Shown: in pieces, positions 51,566-64,000 of the stretch
Numbering within the stretch: position 1 is the stretch's first letter
Layout of the letters: each line of letters begins with the position of its first letter
Assembly: GCA_049724395.1 (NCBI GenBank)
Contig: JAUGWO010000013.1
Coordinates: forward strand, 1-64,000
Length of the DNA stretch: 64,000 nucleotides
Direction: 5' to 3'
Source of the DNA: Spongospora subterranea f. sp. subterranea
Lineage: Eukaryota
Position numbers and translations under genes: made by a program
The notes under the pieces: model-generated
The model's input: only the letters and a program-made list of their open reading frames with translations
Databases searched by the model: none
Told to the model about the DNA's origin: nothing

Positions 51566-52559
51566 TGGCCGATATAATGGATCCCGTCAACACGGATTCA
51601 TTTATATAAATAATTCTAAAAATAATCAACAACAACAATACCCACAATATCCACTCGATATCTAAATGAATTAAGAAGCGGTGATCTGTCAGAAGGTGTC
51701 TCCATTAAGTGCAGACACTCATCAATGGCCAACGGTGCTGTCGGAGCACTCGATTGAAAGTCGCCACCGATACATTCCTGCGTCTTCGTGTCGTCACTAA
51801 TGTGATACAAGAGACTCGACGCAGAGTCTGAATTCGTCGGGATCATCGATTGTCACAAGCGCTCGCGCAGATTTATTCGAATTCGACGAGGGCGTCGTTC
51901 CGTCTCACTCGCGTTAAAGTGTTCTTGAAATGTACAGAGCAGCACCAGTAGAACAGCTCCAATTTGATGTCTTGTTCAGAGGGACGTCTCACACGTATTG
52001 CCAGGAATGGCATCGTTCCACTGTTCCATTTAAATCCGCATCTGCATCACCGCTCCGAAATGTGCAGCGTCATTGTCCACCGTCATCAGCAACGAAATGG
52101 CCAAGACCCCTGTTCGGCCAATGACCGGAGAGAAACAGGTTGTTATTGTGAGATCGGCACTAGGACAGTGTCTGTCGACAAGAAATTATTCGATCGAGTC
52201 GGTTTGCAATGAACAATAGTGTATCGGTCTTATCGTCAATGGACCGCTCTTTGTTCAAGATCATTCTTAACTTGCGACATTCTAGGTTGATTAAATTCAA
52301 TCAAAGACGAGCAGATCAAGTGTTGGTATTGTGTATTGTGTAATTAGAGTAATCCAGCAGTGTGTCAAAATGACCAACGTGATGTGGTTCAGGGAAATAT
52401 TCATCAGGATTTCTTCTCCCTCCTGCCGGATTGTGTTTGGCGACAAACGCCCTTGGATTGGAGCAAGACCTGGGTTATATAACTTCTTTCAGAATCGAGG
52501 TCGTTAATTTAGCTCTCCCTCCATGCATATGTAAGTCATTCAATGTAAAACACCGAAAG

Positions 52560-54020
52560 CATCAACGAGTCGAAACAGAAAACCAGGCGATTTGATCCAT
52601 TGCGATTTATGTGGACCCATGAGAACAAGATCGATACAGGGAAACCCCAAATGGCCACTTACCTCGACGACCATCGGGATGGATTCATCTGAGCTTTCCT
52701 GATGAACAAATCCGATCAGTTGGCGACATTAAAAACATTTCAAGCCGCTTTCGAGAGACAGCGCTGAGTCAAAGCTGTTGACAGCGGGACTGGGGACATT
52801 ATGAGAAAAGCGTCGACAGATCCAACGAAAGAATTTGGCAAAGGCTTGGGCGAAATACCGACTGCATTGCTTCAAATGTTGGTTTTGCTTGAGCACCACC
52901 AAGAACTGGATCGGAAAGCAAAACGTACTTTGCCAGCGCAATGGCACAAGATTACCTGAAAGCAGACGGCATCAGGTGGGAGAGGTCAGCTCCCAGGACT
53001 CCACAACAGAATGGGCGTGCGGAAAGGCTAAATCAGACAATAATGGAGAAGACACGATGTTTATTGATTTATGCCGGTCTGGATCATGAATACTGGCAAT
53101 ATGCTGCTGCAATGGCGGCATACATCCGTTTGCACTACAACGTCGACTAATGAAGATATGAAGTCTCGTTAGAGATGCTCTGGGAGCAGAATCCTAATTT
53201 GAGTAAGCACCCTTTGTTCGCTGCGAAGGCGCAAATGCACGAACCAGATGTAAAGCGAGGAAAGTTGGACGCGAAATCACGAGACTGATTGTTCTTAGGC
53301 TTTGCCCCAGGAGCAAAGGTGGGCGTATTCGAATCAGTCGACACCCGGCGAAGATCGGTGGCTCGGGGCTTTACAAAAAGACCTGAGATCGATTATTTTG
53401 AAACAACATCGCCGATGGTATCTCTGACCTCACTGCGGACGATTCTAGCGATTGGCGCGATGAACGACATGGCAATCAAGCAACTAGATGTCGACTCAGC
53501 ATTTTTATATGGGGAACTTAACGAACAGATTTACCTGCTGCAGCCGGACGGATTTTGGCGGACTGAGGACAATGGGAACGATCTAGTTTGCAAGCTGGAA
53601 AAGGCGATTTATGGCCTCAAACTGGCCGGGCGAGTCTGGTGGAAGCTGATTGACTCGGAGCTGGGCGCCCTTGGGTTCACAAGCTGCAGCGAAGATGTTT
53701 GCGTTTATGCACGCCACCCACGGTTCTGCTCGCGATCTATGTTGACGACTTGATTATAGCATCAAAGTCCAAGGAGCAGATCGCCGACCTGGAGCGCCAT
53801 CTTCGGAAGAATTTCTCCCTGAAATCCATTGGCGACATCAACTATGTACTTGGACTCAAGGTTGAGCGCGACAGAAAGCAGAAGGTGATGAAGCTGAGTC
53901 AAGGAGCGTATGCAAAGAAGGTTTTAGAGCGATTTGGGATGGCGGACTGTCATCCTATTCACATGCCCGGTCGCACCTGGCACGAACCTGAAGGTGCACG
54001 AAGGGCCAGCAGCTGACTTT
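52560..54020 (+). mobile_element. Decayed Ty1/Copia retrotransposon (integrase + RT, internally deleted)
   Basis: APRTPQQNGRAERLNQTIMEK, IDYFETTSP, QLDVDSAFLYGEL, KAIYGLK, AIYVDDLII. Confidence 0.9.
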
Positions 54021-54029
54021 CCGTTCACA

Positions 54030-55720
54030 AGCAGCTGGATCGTTGATGTACCTGGGGATGGGTTGTTGAAAGAGCTGGAGATATGTCCTAAGGATGCTCT
54101 AGAGTCGCTACTTCTAAAGAAGACATTAGGCGCCAACAATGAGAATAATTGTAGGCATTGGGATTTGTACTACGATGATGATGTTATTTTTGTGAAAGAT
54201 TTCCCAGAAGACAGTTTGAAGTTAATGGAAGACATGATGTCTCGTGCTATTGACAACGGACTGCATATAGAATGGCGAAGTCGACTAAGGAAGTTGATAT
54301 GGAAGTATCAACTGTTTGGTGAAGGTCGGTGGGACCTGATCCATCTGCAAATGTCACTCCTTTCATAACGAACCTGAGGGAAGGAGTTGAACCTGTTAGG
54401 TGCAAATCCCGACGGTACAATGGCCTGGCGACATTTGTCGGCCTTCTGGAGAAATATGGCTTGGTTTATGAAAACTACAATTGTGAGTGGACCTCTCCGG
54501 TTGTTGTGGTCAGAAAACCCGGTGGTAAAGGATTACGTATGGTGGTTGATTTGCGAGAAGTCAACGCTCCATGCAAGATGGCCCATGCCGTTTTTTGAAC
54601 CAATAGTAGGGCATTTGGGTGGCTTCAAATATTGGTTTTCTCTCGACGCTTTCAAAGGTTTCTGGATGATGCCGATTGCAAAGAAATGTTTTCCTTTATG
54701 ACTGATCGAGGGGTTTACACTCCAACGAGATCCATTCAGGGAGCACTGAATTCTGCCACACAGTTTTAAGCTTGAATGCATGAGATATATAGGGAACTGC
54801 TGTATCAATCATTGATAATATGGATTGATGACATTTTGGGACACGCAGACACTCAAGAGAAGTGGTTTCAGGTGTTAGAAACGACACTTAAATTGGCACA
54901 AGAACACGATATCAAACTCAACTTAGAGAAGTGTGAATTGTTTCAGACTAAGGCCAAATTTTGTGGAAGAATATTCAGTCCTGAGGGTGTGAGGCATGAT
55001 CCGGCTAGAGTTGAGGCATTAGTAAATATGCAGAAGCCGACGACAGCGCGAGATTCGCAACAGTTTGTTATGGCTATTCCATGGATGAGTAGAGCCATTC
55101 CAGATTATAATAGATTAGTTCTGCCATTGCAGAATATCTATGAAAACGCAATGAAAGGTCAGCCGAAAAGGACCAAATCGGTGGCCAAGGGAATTTCATT
55201 GAGCGCGTTTGGTTGGAATGCAGTTCATGATGAAGCATTCAGCAGTATGAAGGCTGCGATCAGTAGACGAACTCAGCTGAACTATCCTGACGAGGATATG
55301 GTTTAATGTGTGTTCACTGATGCGAGTCAATATCATAGTTCTGGTATGGTGACACAGATTCCACATGAGGATGTTGGGAAACTGCCGTTCCATGATCAGA
55401 GACATGAACCGTTGGGATTCTGCCGACACAGATTCCATAGATCGGAATTGAACTGGTCTACGCCAGATAAGGAAGCATTCGCTATCTGGGACACAGTTAG
55501 GAAATTGGACTATTTAGTTCAATCTTCCAAACCCTTTCTGCTTTTTACGGATCATAGGAATTTGACTTCCATGTACAATCCTGAAAATTGCACGAAACAA
55601 GCTGGGGAACGCTTGGAAAGATGGGTATGGATCTCAGATCATTTAGATTCGAAATCAAACATATACCAGGAGACATGAACGCCTGGGCTGATATGATGAC
55701 TCGATTGGGGGGGGGGGGCT
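54030..55720 (+). mobile_element. Decayed Ty3/Gypsy pol (RT + RNase H)
   Basis: WTSPVVVVRKP, LRMVVDLREVN, LDAFKGFW, WIDDIL, FTDAS, FTDHRNL. Confidence 0.9.
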
Positions 55721-56420
55721 GCATTATCAAAATCAGACATTATTGTTTTAGAGCTGGAGACAAGGTAAGAACGACACTGCGTGTATTAATAACGACTAAT
55801 AAATATATTGATTTATATATCAAAAAGCTTTTAAAGTCTTTTTTGAAAGCTTAAGTCTTTAAGTTTTTCAAAGCTTTTAAAGTCTCGATCTGATTCCCTT
55901 GTGGTAACTTGTATTCAGGGAATCAGATTGTATGATGTGGATCACTGTTTAAGAGTGCCTGTGAAGCCCAGACACTATCTCCCCTTTTTTTAACCCCAAT
56001 TCGGTTTGTCAAGATATCGGCGATGGAATTGACTGATTGCTTGTCGAAGAGTGGGAGAGTTATCGGCGAGACCTCGCGCTGGTTCCCATGACCTCTCTGA
56101 TGGTGGGGTAGACGTTCCAGTCGATCAAATACTGAAGTTGATTCCTATAAATTCTCGAATCCAGTACGTCCCGGACGATAAACAATGGCTGCGAGGGATC
56201 TTCTGGGATGAATATAGGTTCTGGTGGACAGACCTGTTCTCGTGATTTACGTGGTATGGTTCGAGCTTTGACGCATGGAAAGTGTTATGAACCCGCCAAG
56301 TTTTTGTAGCTTCACCGAATAGGTCACCTCGTTGATGATTGCTATGATTGGAAAAGGCCCTGCGAATCGATTTTCGAGTTTTGGGCATGTTCGTGTTGTA
56401 TTCCAATCAGTACGTTTTAC
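55721..56420 (-). mobile_element. Gypsy 3' fragment (integrase tail, PPT, probable LTR) in opposite orientation
   Basis: KLENRFAGPFPIIAIINEVTY, VHNTFHASKLEPY; minus-strand purine tract AAAAAAAGGGGAGATAG followed by TG at ~55974. Confidence 0.7.
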
Positions 56421-57305
56421 CATAGGCCTCATGTAGTTGCAAGTGATGAAAACAAAGTTGGCATCACTTCCTGAAGCATTCTCCATCAAAACACTTCCTT
56501 GGATTTGGTTTCAATTTGCAGTTTGAGTGTCAACCGTAGTCGTCAATTCTGGTTGTTCTTCCACCCAGATTAGGAAAATCGACAGCTCTTGTTGTCTGAT
56601 TTCTTTTGAACTCTGGTTTCAGTGGACGTTTACGGAAGTATGTGTACACACCGACCAGGAGAATTCTGCTCTCGTTTGTTAGACTGTTTCCACAGAAATC
56701 CCAAACATTCACACAAAGCGCTTAGCGAGCACAAGCCACACAGCGAATACCGTAATAAAGTGCAGTCTTAAACTTGAATAGATCGATATTTCAAGACAGA
56801 GATTGTGATCGATTTGTGTCATCAGCATAAAGGCATACCCTGCAATAGGATAGAAAGCATGCTGTGCTCCATTATTCATTATTGTCCATTGTACCTGATT
56901 TTACCCTCTGCATCAGTCGTTTGAAAGATGTTTTTCATCTTGTGATAATGCCAGCTGGACGGATGTATGGTGAGATATTCTATGGAGACCCTCTCTGCTG
57001 AGACAGAAAGTAGCGACGTCAACTTTCGCAGCGCCGATTATTGAGTTCAGCAACTCTATCTTTGACGGTCAACGGTTTGCGGAGAAATATTCTGGAAATA
57101 TTTCGATTCAATAAAACGTTAGTGGACACCGTCAGGTCGAAGAGATAAACAGCACCTCTTTCCTGACTGCATAATAAATCGGTCTGGAAGAGGGTCGCGC
57201 CGTAGTCGGGAACTTGAGTGAAAGACAGTTGTCGTTATTGCATTGCCAACCTGAAAACCTATGCTTACGTCGGTATAACATTAGGGCAGAGGGAAGATCT
57301 GTGGC

Positions 57306-57575
57306 ATGATACATTTCAGGAAAGTGGCATCAAGGTCAAATAGGGCAAGATTTAGTATGAGACACAAAGCGGGAATCGCAGCTTTCAAAGAGCTAGAAGA
57401 AAAACTTGCACAGGTGCAAGAGCATCAGATTCGGATTGTGGACAGCGAAAATTTAAGTAAGCCCCCAGTCGAACCGAGTCCTGAATCATGCTGTGGGAAC
57501 GACTGCCATAATTGTGTTTGGACAGAATATTGGAAAGAACTCCAGGAATACAATCGAAATACACAAAACGTTTAA
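57306..57575 (+). CDS. OXLD1: Oxidoreductase-like N-terminal domain protein
   Basis: KPPVEPSPESCCGNDCHNCVWTEYWKELQEY fits the PxEPxxCCxxGCxxCVW motif; basic presequence-like N-terminus. Confidence 0.82.
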   Translation: MIHFRKVASRSNRARFSMRHKAGIAAFKELEEKLAQVQEHQIRIVDSENLSKPPVEPSPESCCGNDCHNCVWTEYWKELQEYNRNTQNV

Positions 57576-57612
57576 TAATCAAAAGTAATTTCGTAATTTT
57601 CCAGCGACACAA

Positions 57613-57870
57613 CTATTTGTCCACCGAGTCTGATGGCTCATTTCCTCGCGGTTTAGCATAGTCTATATAAGAGATGCTCGACATTAACTGATACATTTTA
57701 CAAAACACGAGCAGCATCAAACCGTTCCATGGAGAAGAGAGATTCTGATGGACGCCTTTCTTGTTGACTTTAGAGTTCTCAATAATACCGAGCACTATGA
57801 AGTAAACGATCGCGTTGAACCCCCCAAGAACGACCATTTTCTGGGGCAGGTTTAGCGGGCGCCATCTCAT
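57613..57870 (-). CDS. Small hypothetical single-TM protein (may be spliced)
   Basis: ATG ORF with one hydrophobic helix in a gene-dense context; no family recognised. Confidence 0.35.
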   Translation of the reverse strand: MRWRPLNLPQKMVVLGGFNAIVYFIVLGIIENSKVNKKGVHQNLSSPWNGLMLLVFCKMYQLMSSISYIDYAKPRGNEPSDSVDK

Positions 57871-58353
57871 ACTCGTTCAGCACTTAGTAGAATAACCTGC
57901 TTCAAAATCGGGTCGCCCTCAAATCTGAATCCTCAATTCTAATGACAACAACCGTGTTTGAAACTCTTAATTACTCACAAAACAGAAAAATACTACTCGA
58001 AGAAGCAATTCAGAAAGTAAGGATGCTTGTTCAAACCAATACACGACGTTTTGCGTCAATATCTAGCAGGGTTTTTGCAATGCCAACACCATTTATCCGT
58101 CTTTATACTGTATAATGTAAAAATCAATCGCCTTTGTTGTTCAGCAGGCACAACGCCACTTACACCATCGGACTTGACCTTGGTCCGTGAAACTGGTTGA
58201 ACTGCGTTATGATTGCGGTATGTATATAGTATGCACTTACATCAACTTTACAGATTCGTGACCGCGCGGTCTCTCAAATTCAGGAATTATTGCATCTTCA
58301 TCATTATCCCAAACATTGCCTGACTTACATTTATTGAGCCCTATTGTCGGGAT

Positions 58354-60058
58354 ATGCTCGGCGGCATCTATAGCCGTGGGCTTGTCAGGCGTTGCTTGTC
58401 TAGCACGGCGACGACATCACCGTCTTGGTCATGGAAACTGCCGGCAGCCGGGTTCGCTGCTGCTCTGACAGGGTTCGGCGCATGGTCATTAAAGACCACG
58501 GCCGACTCCCAGCAGCAATCAGTCAAACCGCCAGTGCATTATCATATGGTGGACCAGGAGCACGCTCATAACACTAAATCATGCGAGGATCATCATTGTC
58601 ATTCACCGGAACAGGAACTTTGCGACCATAAAAGGCATTATAAGCCGATGGTATTTTCTGGATCGGCTAATCTCCCGGTATGTTCGTCTTGATTTTTAAC
58701 TCAAGAGATGAATTCACCCGGGATCAGCTTGCCCAAGAAATTTGCGCTCACCTTGGGACGAAGCTCGGCGATATGACGATAAAGAAGTTTGCGGATGGAG
58801 AAATCGGCGTTCAAGTGCATGAAAATGTTCGATCTGCTGATGTTTACATAATTCAGCCAACTTGTCCTCCAGGCGTTAATGACCATCTTATGGAGCTGGT
58901 TCTCATGATCAGCACATTCAGGTAAAGGTTCCAACATAAGCGTGGGGGAGTCCTAACACATTATTCACAGACGAGCGTCAGCTCGTAAGATTACAGCAAT
59001 CATCCCATATTTTGGCTACGCTCGGCAAGATCGCAAAGTATAGTCTCAATGTTCAATTGGGTTGGTTGTTTCGTCTAATTTTCATTGTTCAGATGACCTC
59101 TCGGGTTCCTATATCTGCAGCTGATGTAGCCCTTCTTTTGGAGTCGATGGGCGTAGATCGAGTTGTGGCCGTTGACCTACATTGTGGTAAAGCATTACAT
59201 CTCAATACCGAAGCCATCATCCCGTTGGTTATCTGGTAATAGGTCAGATTCAGGGATTCTTTGGTCCTCGAACGCCCTGTGATAACTTAGAAGGAGCCGT
59301 GGTCGCTCTTCCTTTCTTCGCCGAATTAGGCCTACAAGGGGAAAATACTGTGATTGTCAGCCCAGATGCCGGCGGTGTTTACAGAGCCAAAAAATTCAGG
59401 TTCAGATGGTGTTGTTTGTGATTTGTAACTAAAATTGACCTTTTCAAGAGATGGTCTTCGCCACTATGGCATGGAGGCCGGCCTCGCGATGATTATCAAA
59501 CAGCGACTTCGCGCTAATACTATTGACCGAATGGACTTGGTCGGGGACGTGAAAAATCAGGATTGCATCATTGTTGATGATATGATTGATACTGGTAATA
59601 TTGTCGATCTTTTTGTATGTTGATGGTCACTTTGACACATTACAGCGGGAACATTATGCCAAGCAGCTGAAGAATTGAAGCGGTAAAGTACTTGGGGCGA
59701 GCCACCTTCTTGATTAGCCAACTATTTCGCAGGGCTGGAGCTAAGCGCGTGTATGCGTTTGCTACACATGGACTGTTTAACGGACCTGCCATCGAACGCA
59801 TCGACAAAAGCTGCTTCGAGAAGGTACATCTCCTGCTGTATTAAATTTGTCACTAAACCAGTGTTCTAGGTCGTTATATGCAACACAGTTCCACTGTCCG
59901 ATTCGAAGGCGATCGACAAGATCAAAGTGTTATCGATCGGTGAGTTCTTAGCACAAGCAATCGCACGGATACACATGAAACAATCGGTATCGGAATTATT
60001 TAACGCTGAGTTCGAAGCCCCTGAAACGAATTTCAAAACTCATGCAACAGAAAGTTAA
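58354..60058 (+). CDS. PRPS: Ribose-phosphate pyrophosphokinase (PRPP synthetase) with N-terminal extension, many introns
   Basis: [82 protein letters not shown]. Confidence 0.95.
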
Positions 60059-60102
60059 TAAATGATGAGATTATGTTTTTATCCAGTGCTTAAATATCCG
60101 TC

Positions 60103-61651
60103 TTAATACAGAGTAGATATTGTCAAATAGAACAAACGAATAGGCCATGCTAGGGCCGCTCTGACGTTGGGAGCTTTTCTTCGCGCCATTCCAAGGCCGG
60201 CGAGGTAAAACAGTACAAGAAAAGCCAGCCGAGCAGCCCATTTTCTTCTGGCCAGAGAAACGTTGAGGTCGTCCATTCTTGAAACGAGGGTTCGCCCGGG
60301 AGATAGCTCCTCATGATTGTCATCGGTAGAAAACTGCGACGAACATCGTATATCGACCCACTCATTAACTTCCGTAAATAATTGAGACCTGGGCCAAATC
60401 AGAACAAACATTATATGCATGATATAGGTGAACTACCTGTCAATGTCATTGTGGATCTCATGAAAAGCGCCTTGGTATATTCGGACTGTTTTATCAGAGG
60501 ATGAGGCAGCATCTGCGAATTCCAGAGTTGCGTTGCCGTCCGTCAACTGATCCGAGCTTCCATGAATAAGTAATAGCGGGGTCTGTTGCCAAACGAATTT
60601 AGTCATATCAAAGGGGGCCAAAAGCAAAAGCGTCCTTTACAGTCAAGATGCTTGCGTGCTTCAGCGTATTTTGTGCTCCACTAAGCATCAATAAGCGATG
60701 TTTATTCAGGATTAGCGCCAACGTACGATATAATTTGAAAAGCCATTCTGACGGTAATGTATGGTAAAACCAAGCGGTCGTTGATGGCGGCGGAGGCGAC
60801 TCCATCTACGGACGACAAGGAGCATGGGTCAACATTCTAAAACAAGTGAGGTCAGACATCAAAAGAAGACAAGTGTTGCTTCTTACAGAAGACAGCAAAA
60901 ATTCTTGAAACAATGGCCATCCTAATTTCAATAATGCAATTTTCCACCTGCAAAATTCTCACGAATTTTCCTAGGAAAATTGCTGGAAGCCTCATACCAT
61001 TTTGGTTGGACAAGCCGGGACAACCTCAACCAGGGTGATGTTGCAATCACGCCTCGAATACGCTGGGTCTTATCCAGAAGTGCATACGCTAAAACCAACA
61101 TGCCTCCCATGGATTGACCATAAAGAAATACTGGAAGTTTAGGGGCACTCGTGAGCGCGATTCTACCCATCATTGTAAACATTTATATCAGTGAAGGCAA
61201 ACATCTACCTATGTAGTATTGAGATGTCGTTAATGAAATCGTCAAAATTTCCATCGGATCTCGGCCCACCAGACAATCTGTGATGAATTTAAGCATAACG
61301 CGTATGACCGTTTTTGACAAAACTTAACCCATGCCCTCGCAAATCTATTGTATGTACATCACACCTAGCATCAATCAGTTCCTAAAATGCATCAAAAAGC
61401 GGTAACTGATCCGAATAACACCCTAATCCGACCAGTATCACGTGATAAAACCTGCCAACATGTTCACCAAATCCGTGAATCAACAGGAGGGAGCATTTAT
61501 GGGTCAGTCCTGGTCGATGAAAACGCTGGTAGAACAGCTTGCAGGAGTTCACCCCGCAAATATATCGCCTTTCGACGGGTGATATATCTACGGTCGGCAC
61601 TGACATAATCTTGAGCTTTGCCGGCTGGTCATCTTCAAAGGTGGTTTGCAT
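60103..61651 (-). CDS. Alpha/beta hydrolase (monoacylglycerol lipase / lysophospholipase type) with C-terminal TM segment, multi-exon
   Basis: LIHGFGEHVGRF, FLYGQSMGG, LLIHGSSDQL, YQGAFHEIHND; the true start may lie upstream. Confidence 0.88.
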
Positions 61652-61801
61652 GTAGATGATAGCGCCTTCCGATTTCTCAAAAAGACCTGTTAATTGTTGT
61701 CGACAGTACTTGATGTTGCATCAGCATGTAGGTAAACCGGGACTAGATGCAGAGTTTACAGAGAACACTGCGTGACGTCGCCAGTTACTTAAACAGTTAA
61801 G

Positions 61802-62752
61802 GTGATATGTGTAGCGAAAGATCTATACAGGATCCTCAGTATGTACTGTACATACTGATGAATGAAGGGTCCACTGATGTCAATAATGGATCACGACACA
61901 ATCATGACAGATATGTTATGATGTGATATGTGTAGCGAGACATCTCAATACAGGATCCTCAGTACTGCACATACTGATGAATCAAGGGTCCACTGATGTC
62001 AATAATGGATCACGACACAATCATGACAGATATGTTATGATGTGATATGTGTAGCGAGACATCTCAATACAGGATCCTCAGTACTGCACATACTGATGAA
62101 TGAAGGGTCCACTGATGTCAATAATGGATCACGACACAATCATGACAGATATGTTATGATGTGATATGTGTAGCGAGACATCTCAATACAGGATCCTCAG
62201 TACTGCACATACTGATGAATCAAGGGTCCACTGATGTCAATAATGGATCACGACACAATCATGACAGATATGTTATGATGTGATATGTGTAGCGAGACAT
62301 CTCAATACAGGATCCTCAGTACTGCACATACTGATGAATGAAGGGTCCACTGATGTCAATAATGGATCACGACACAATCATGACAGATATGTTATGATGT
62401 GATATGTGTAGCGAGACATCTCAATACAGGATCCTCAGTACTGCACATACTGATGAATGAAGGGTCCACTGATGTCAATAATGGATCACGACACAATCAT
62501 GACAGATATGTTATGATGTGATATGTGTAGCGAGACATCTCAATACAGGATCCTCAGTACTGCACATACTGATGAATGAAGGGTCCACTGATGTCAATAA
62601 TGGATCACGACACAATCATGACAGATATGTTATGATGTGATATGTGTAGCGAGACATCTCAATACAGGATCCTCAGTACTGCACATACCGATGAATCAAG
62701 GGTCCACACTGATGTCAATAATAAATCTCGACACAATCATGACAGATATGTT
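61802..62752. repeat. Tandem array, 119-bp unit x8
   Basis: ggatcctcag recurs at 61830, 61953, 62072, 62191, 62310, 62429, 62548 and 62667; terminal copies diverged. Confidence 0.97.
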
Positions 62753-64000
62753 CTCGCCGGCATTGCAATCGGCGCATCGATCCCAGTCACTTCGAATAAA
62801 AGGTCCAATAGCGGAATCGAAATCACTAAGAATACTTGCAAAGGCACAAACGCAAGCAACTCCAGAGTATAAATTGAGGGCTCATATTATCGACTAAATA
62901 TTTGGTGTATGGATCATCACGATCAATGTCAATTCGATTACCGACAAGCGCTATCCCTGGAATTTTCAATATGCCAAAGTTCGTCACAATATAATCCGTC
63001 TCGCTAGAGGACTATGTTGGAGCGGTACCAGAGCAATTCAACATGATTAACTGAAACAACTTCATATCCCAATGGCAAGTTATGTTGGACTCCTATTGCC
63101 AATCAATCAAATGGCCGACATTAGCTGCAAACAGTACCGGCACCCACCCTAGCCTAACCTCTACATCAACAACGTGTTCACACAATACGACACAGTGTAT
63201 TACCGGGCACGGTACTCACCTGGTATTATACTTGTTAGTAAGCAGGAAACAGTTCGTGGTAAAGGACGACAGGTCGTCGCGGATGACAAAAAGGTAAATA
63301 CTCTATGACTCGATCTATGTCCCTAAATAAACAGTTTGCTTTTATTGCTAACTTGTTTGGAGACCTCTGTTGGACGCGGAACGACGTCTCGAGCTGAACC
63401 GGCTCGATCCAACCCACCAGAGGTGCACACACAGAGCATATTGAGTGGAAACGACACAAGAAAATGATGAAGTCGCGATGAGGCTCTGCTACACTGGATA
63501 AGCAATTTTCTACCCCAATTACTCAAGAAAACCGCTGCCGCCCTCGATTGGGACTCTACTTGAGCAAAAAGCTCAACTTATGTATCCAGGGTTGGTATCC
63601 AGTTCCATGGTTTTGAACAGTTTATTGTCTAGGCCCTAGGGTTTCGTCTTTTGTCGATTGTCCTGAAAAAGAACGTGCTTGGGTCTAAGGACTGTCCAAT
63701 GATCAACAAGAATGACCGCTCTCGGAGGAATGAAATCCGGTCCTCGGAAATCGTCTTTCCTTGCTCCGAGTAATGCGGAGATTCCACTTTAAATGGGTTC
63801 GATAAGGGCGCTGATTGTGATCTGCCTGATTGTGCTTGGAGTTGTTAACCTGGCGTTGTTCGCGTCATGGAAAATATATTCCGGCTCGACAGTGAATCTT
63901 GTGTCTCCAAAATTTCCCTTAATATCAAGCTGCCCCAATGATATCTGGAAAAACCCGCATGACCTGCAAAACGCGGCGATTCCAGAGGAATTCAACGGAA

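Larger units (their letters stand above)
48459..51905 (-). repeat. Tandem segmental duplication (~1.4-kb copies at ~48459-49840 and ~50508-51905)
   Basis: Both copies start agaactctgcagtcc and share long near-identical blocks (e.g. caagaccataccaactaataacaacacc, ttaagaagcggtgatctgtcagaagg). Confidence 0.92.

Noticed and set aside
61802..62752. Possible CRISPR array
   Set aside because: Whole units are identical with no unique spacers; eukaryotic context and no cas genes
63235..64000. Minus-strand coding-like remnant at the window end
   Set aside because: Multiple stops, no recognisable motif, truncated by the window edge
1..64000. tRNA/rRNA/snRNA genes or a non-standard genetic code
   Set aside because: No RNA gene recognised by eye (a covariance-model search was not possible); conserved genes translate with the standard code and use TAA, TAG and TGA stops

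Overview
Eukaryotic nuclear DNA of moderate GC content, with compact genes and many short (mostly ~50-90 nt) GT-AG introns. A flagellar gene (CFAP44), a secreted CE4 chitin deacetylase, orphan secreted proteins and the intron style suggest a zoosporic protist parasite, possibly a plasmodiophorid; this is inference only. Layout: (1) 1-17 kb is a transposon-rich block. It holds an OTU-protease gene interrupted by a Tc1 element, a foldback Mutator derivative, a DD39D mariner, Copia/Gypsy and SWIM-MULE relics, a calcineurin-B-like gene and two candidate effectors. (2) 18-47 kb is a dense housekeeping block: atypical small GTPase, CK2 alpha, DDB1/RSE1-like propeller, MTFMT, OXSM, PP6, GCP4, CFAP44, LRR-ankyrin, F-box protein, chitin deacetylase plus pseudogene, jagunal. 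(3) 48-56.5 kb has a tandem orphan duplication and LTR retrotransposon debris. (4) 57-64 kb has OXLD1, PRPP synthetase, an alpha/beta hydrolase and a 119-bp tandem array. The most unusual items are an F-box protein fused to an apparently dead kinesin motor domain, a GCP4 with a legume-lectin-like domain inserted in a loop, a Mutator element built from two 5' ends, and the reconstructable OTU gene. All domain calls come from motif recognition by eye, not database searches. Several single-base frameshifts in homopolymers look like assembly errors.
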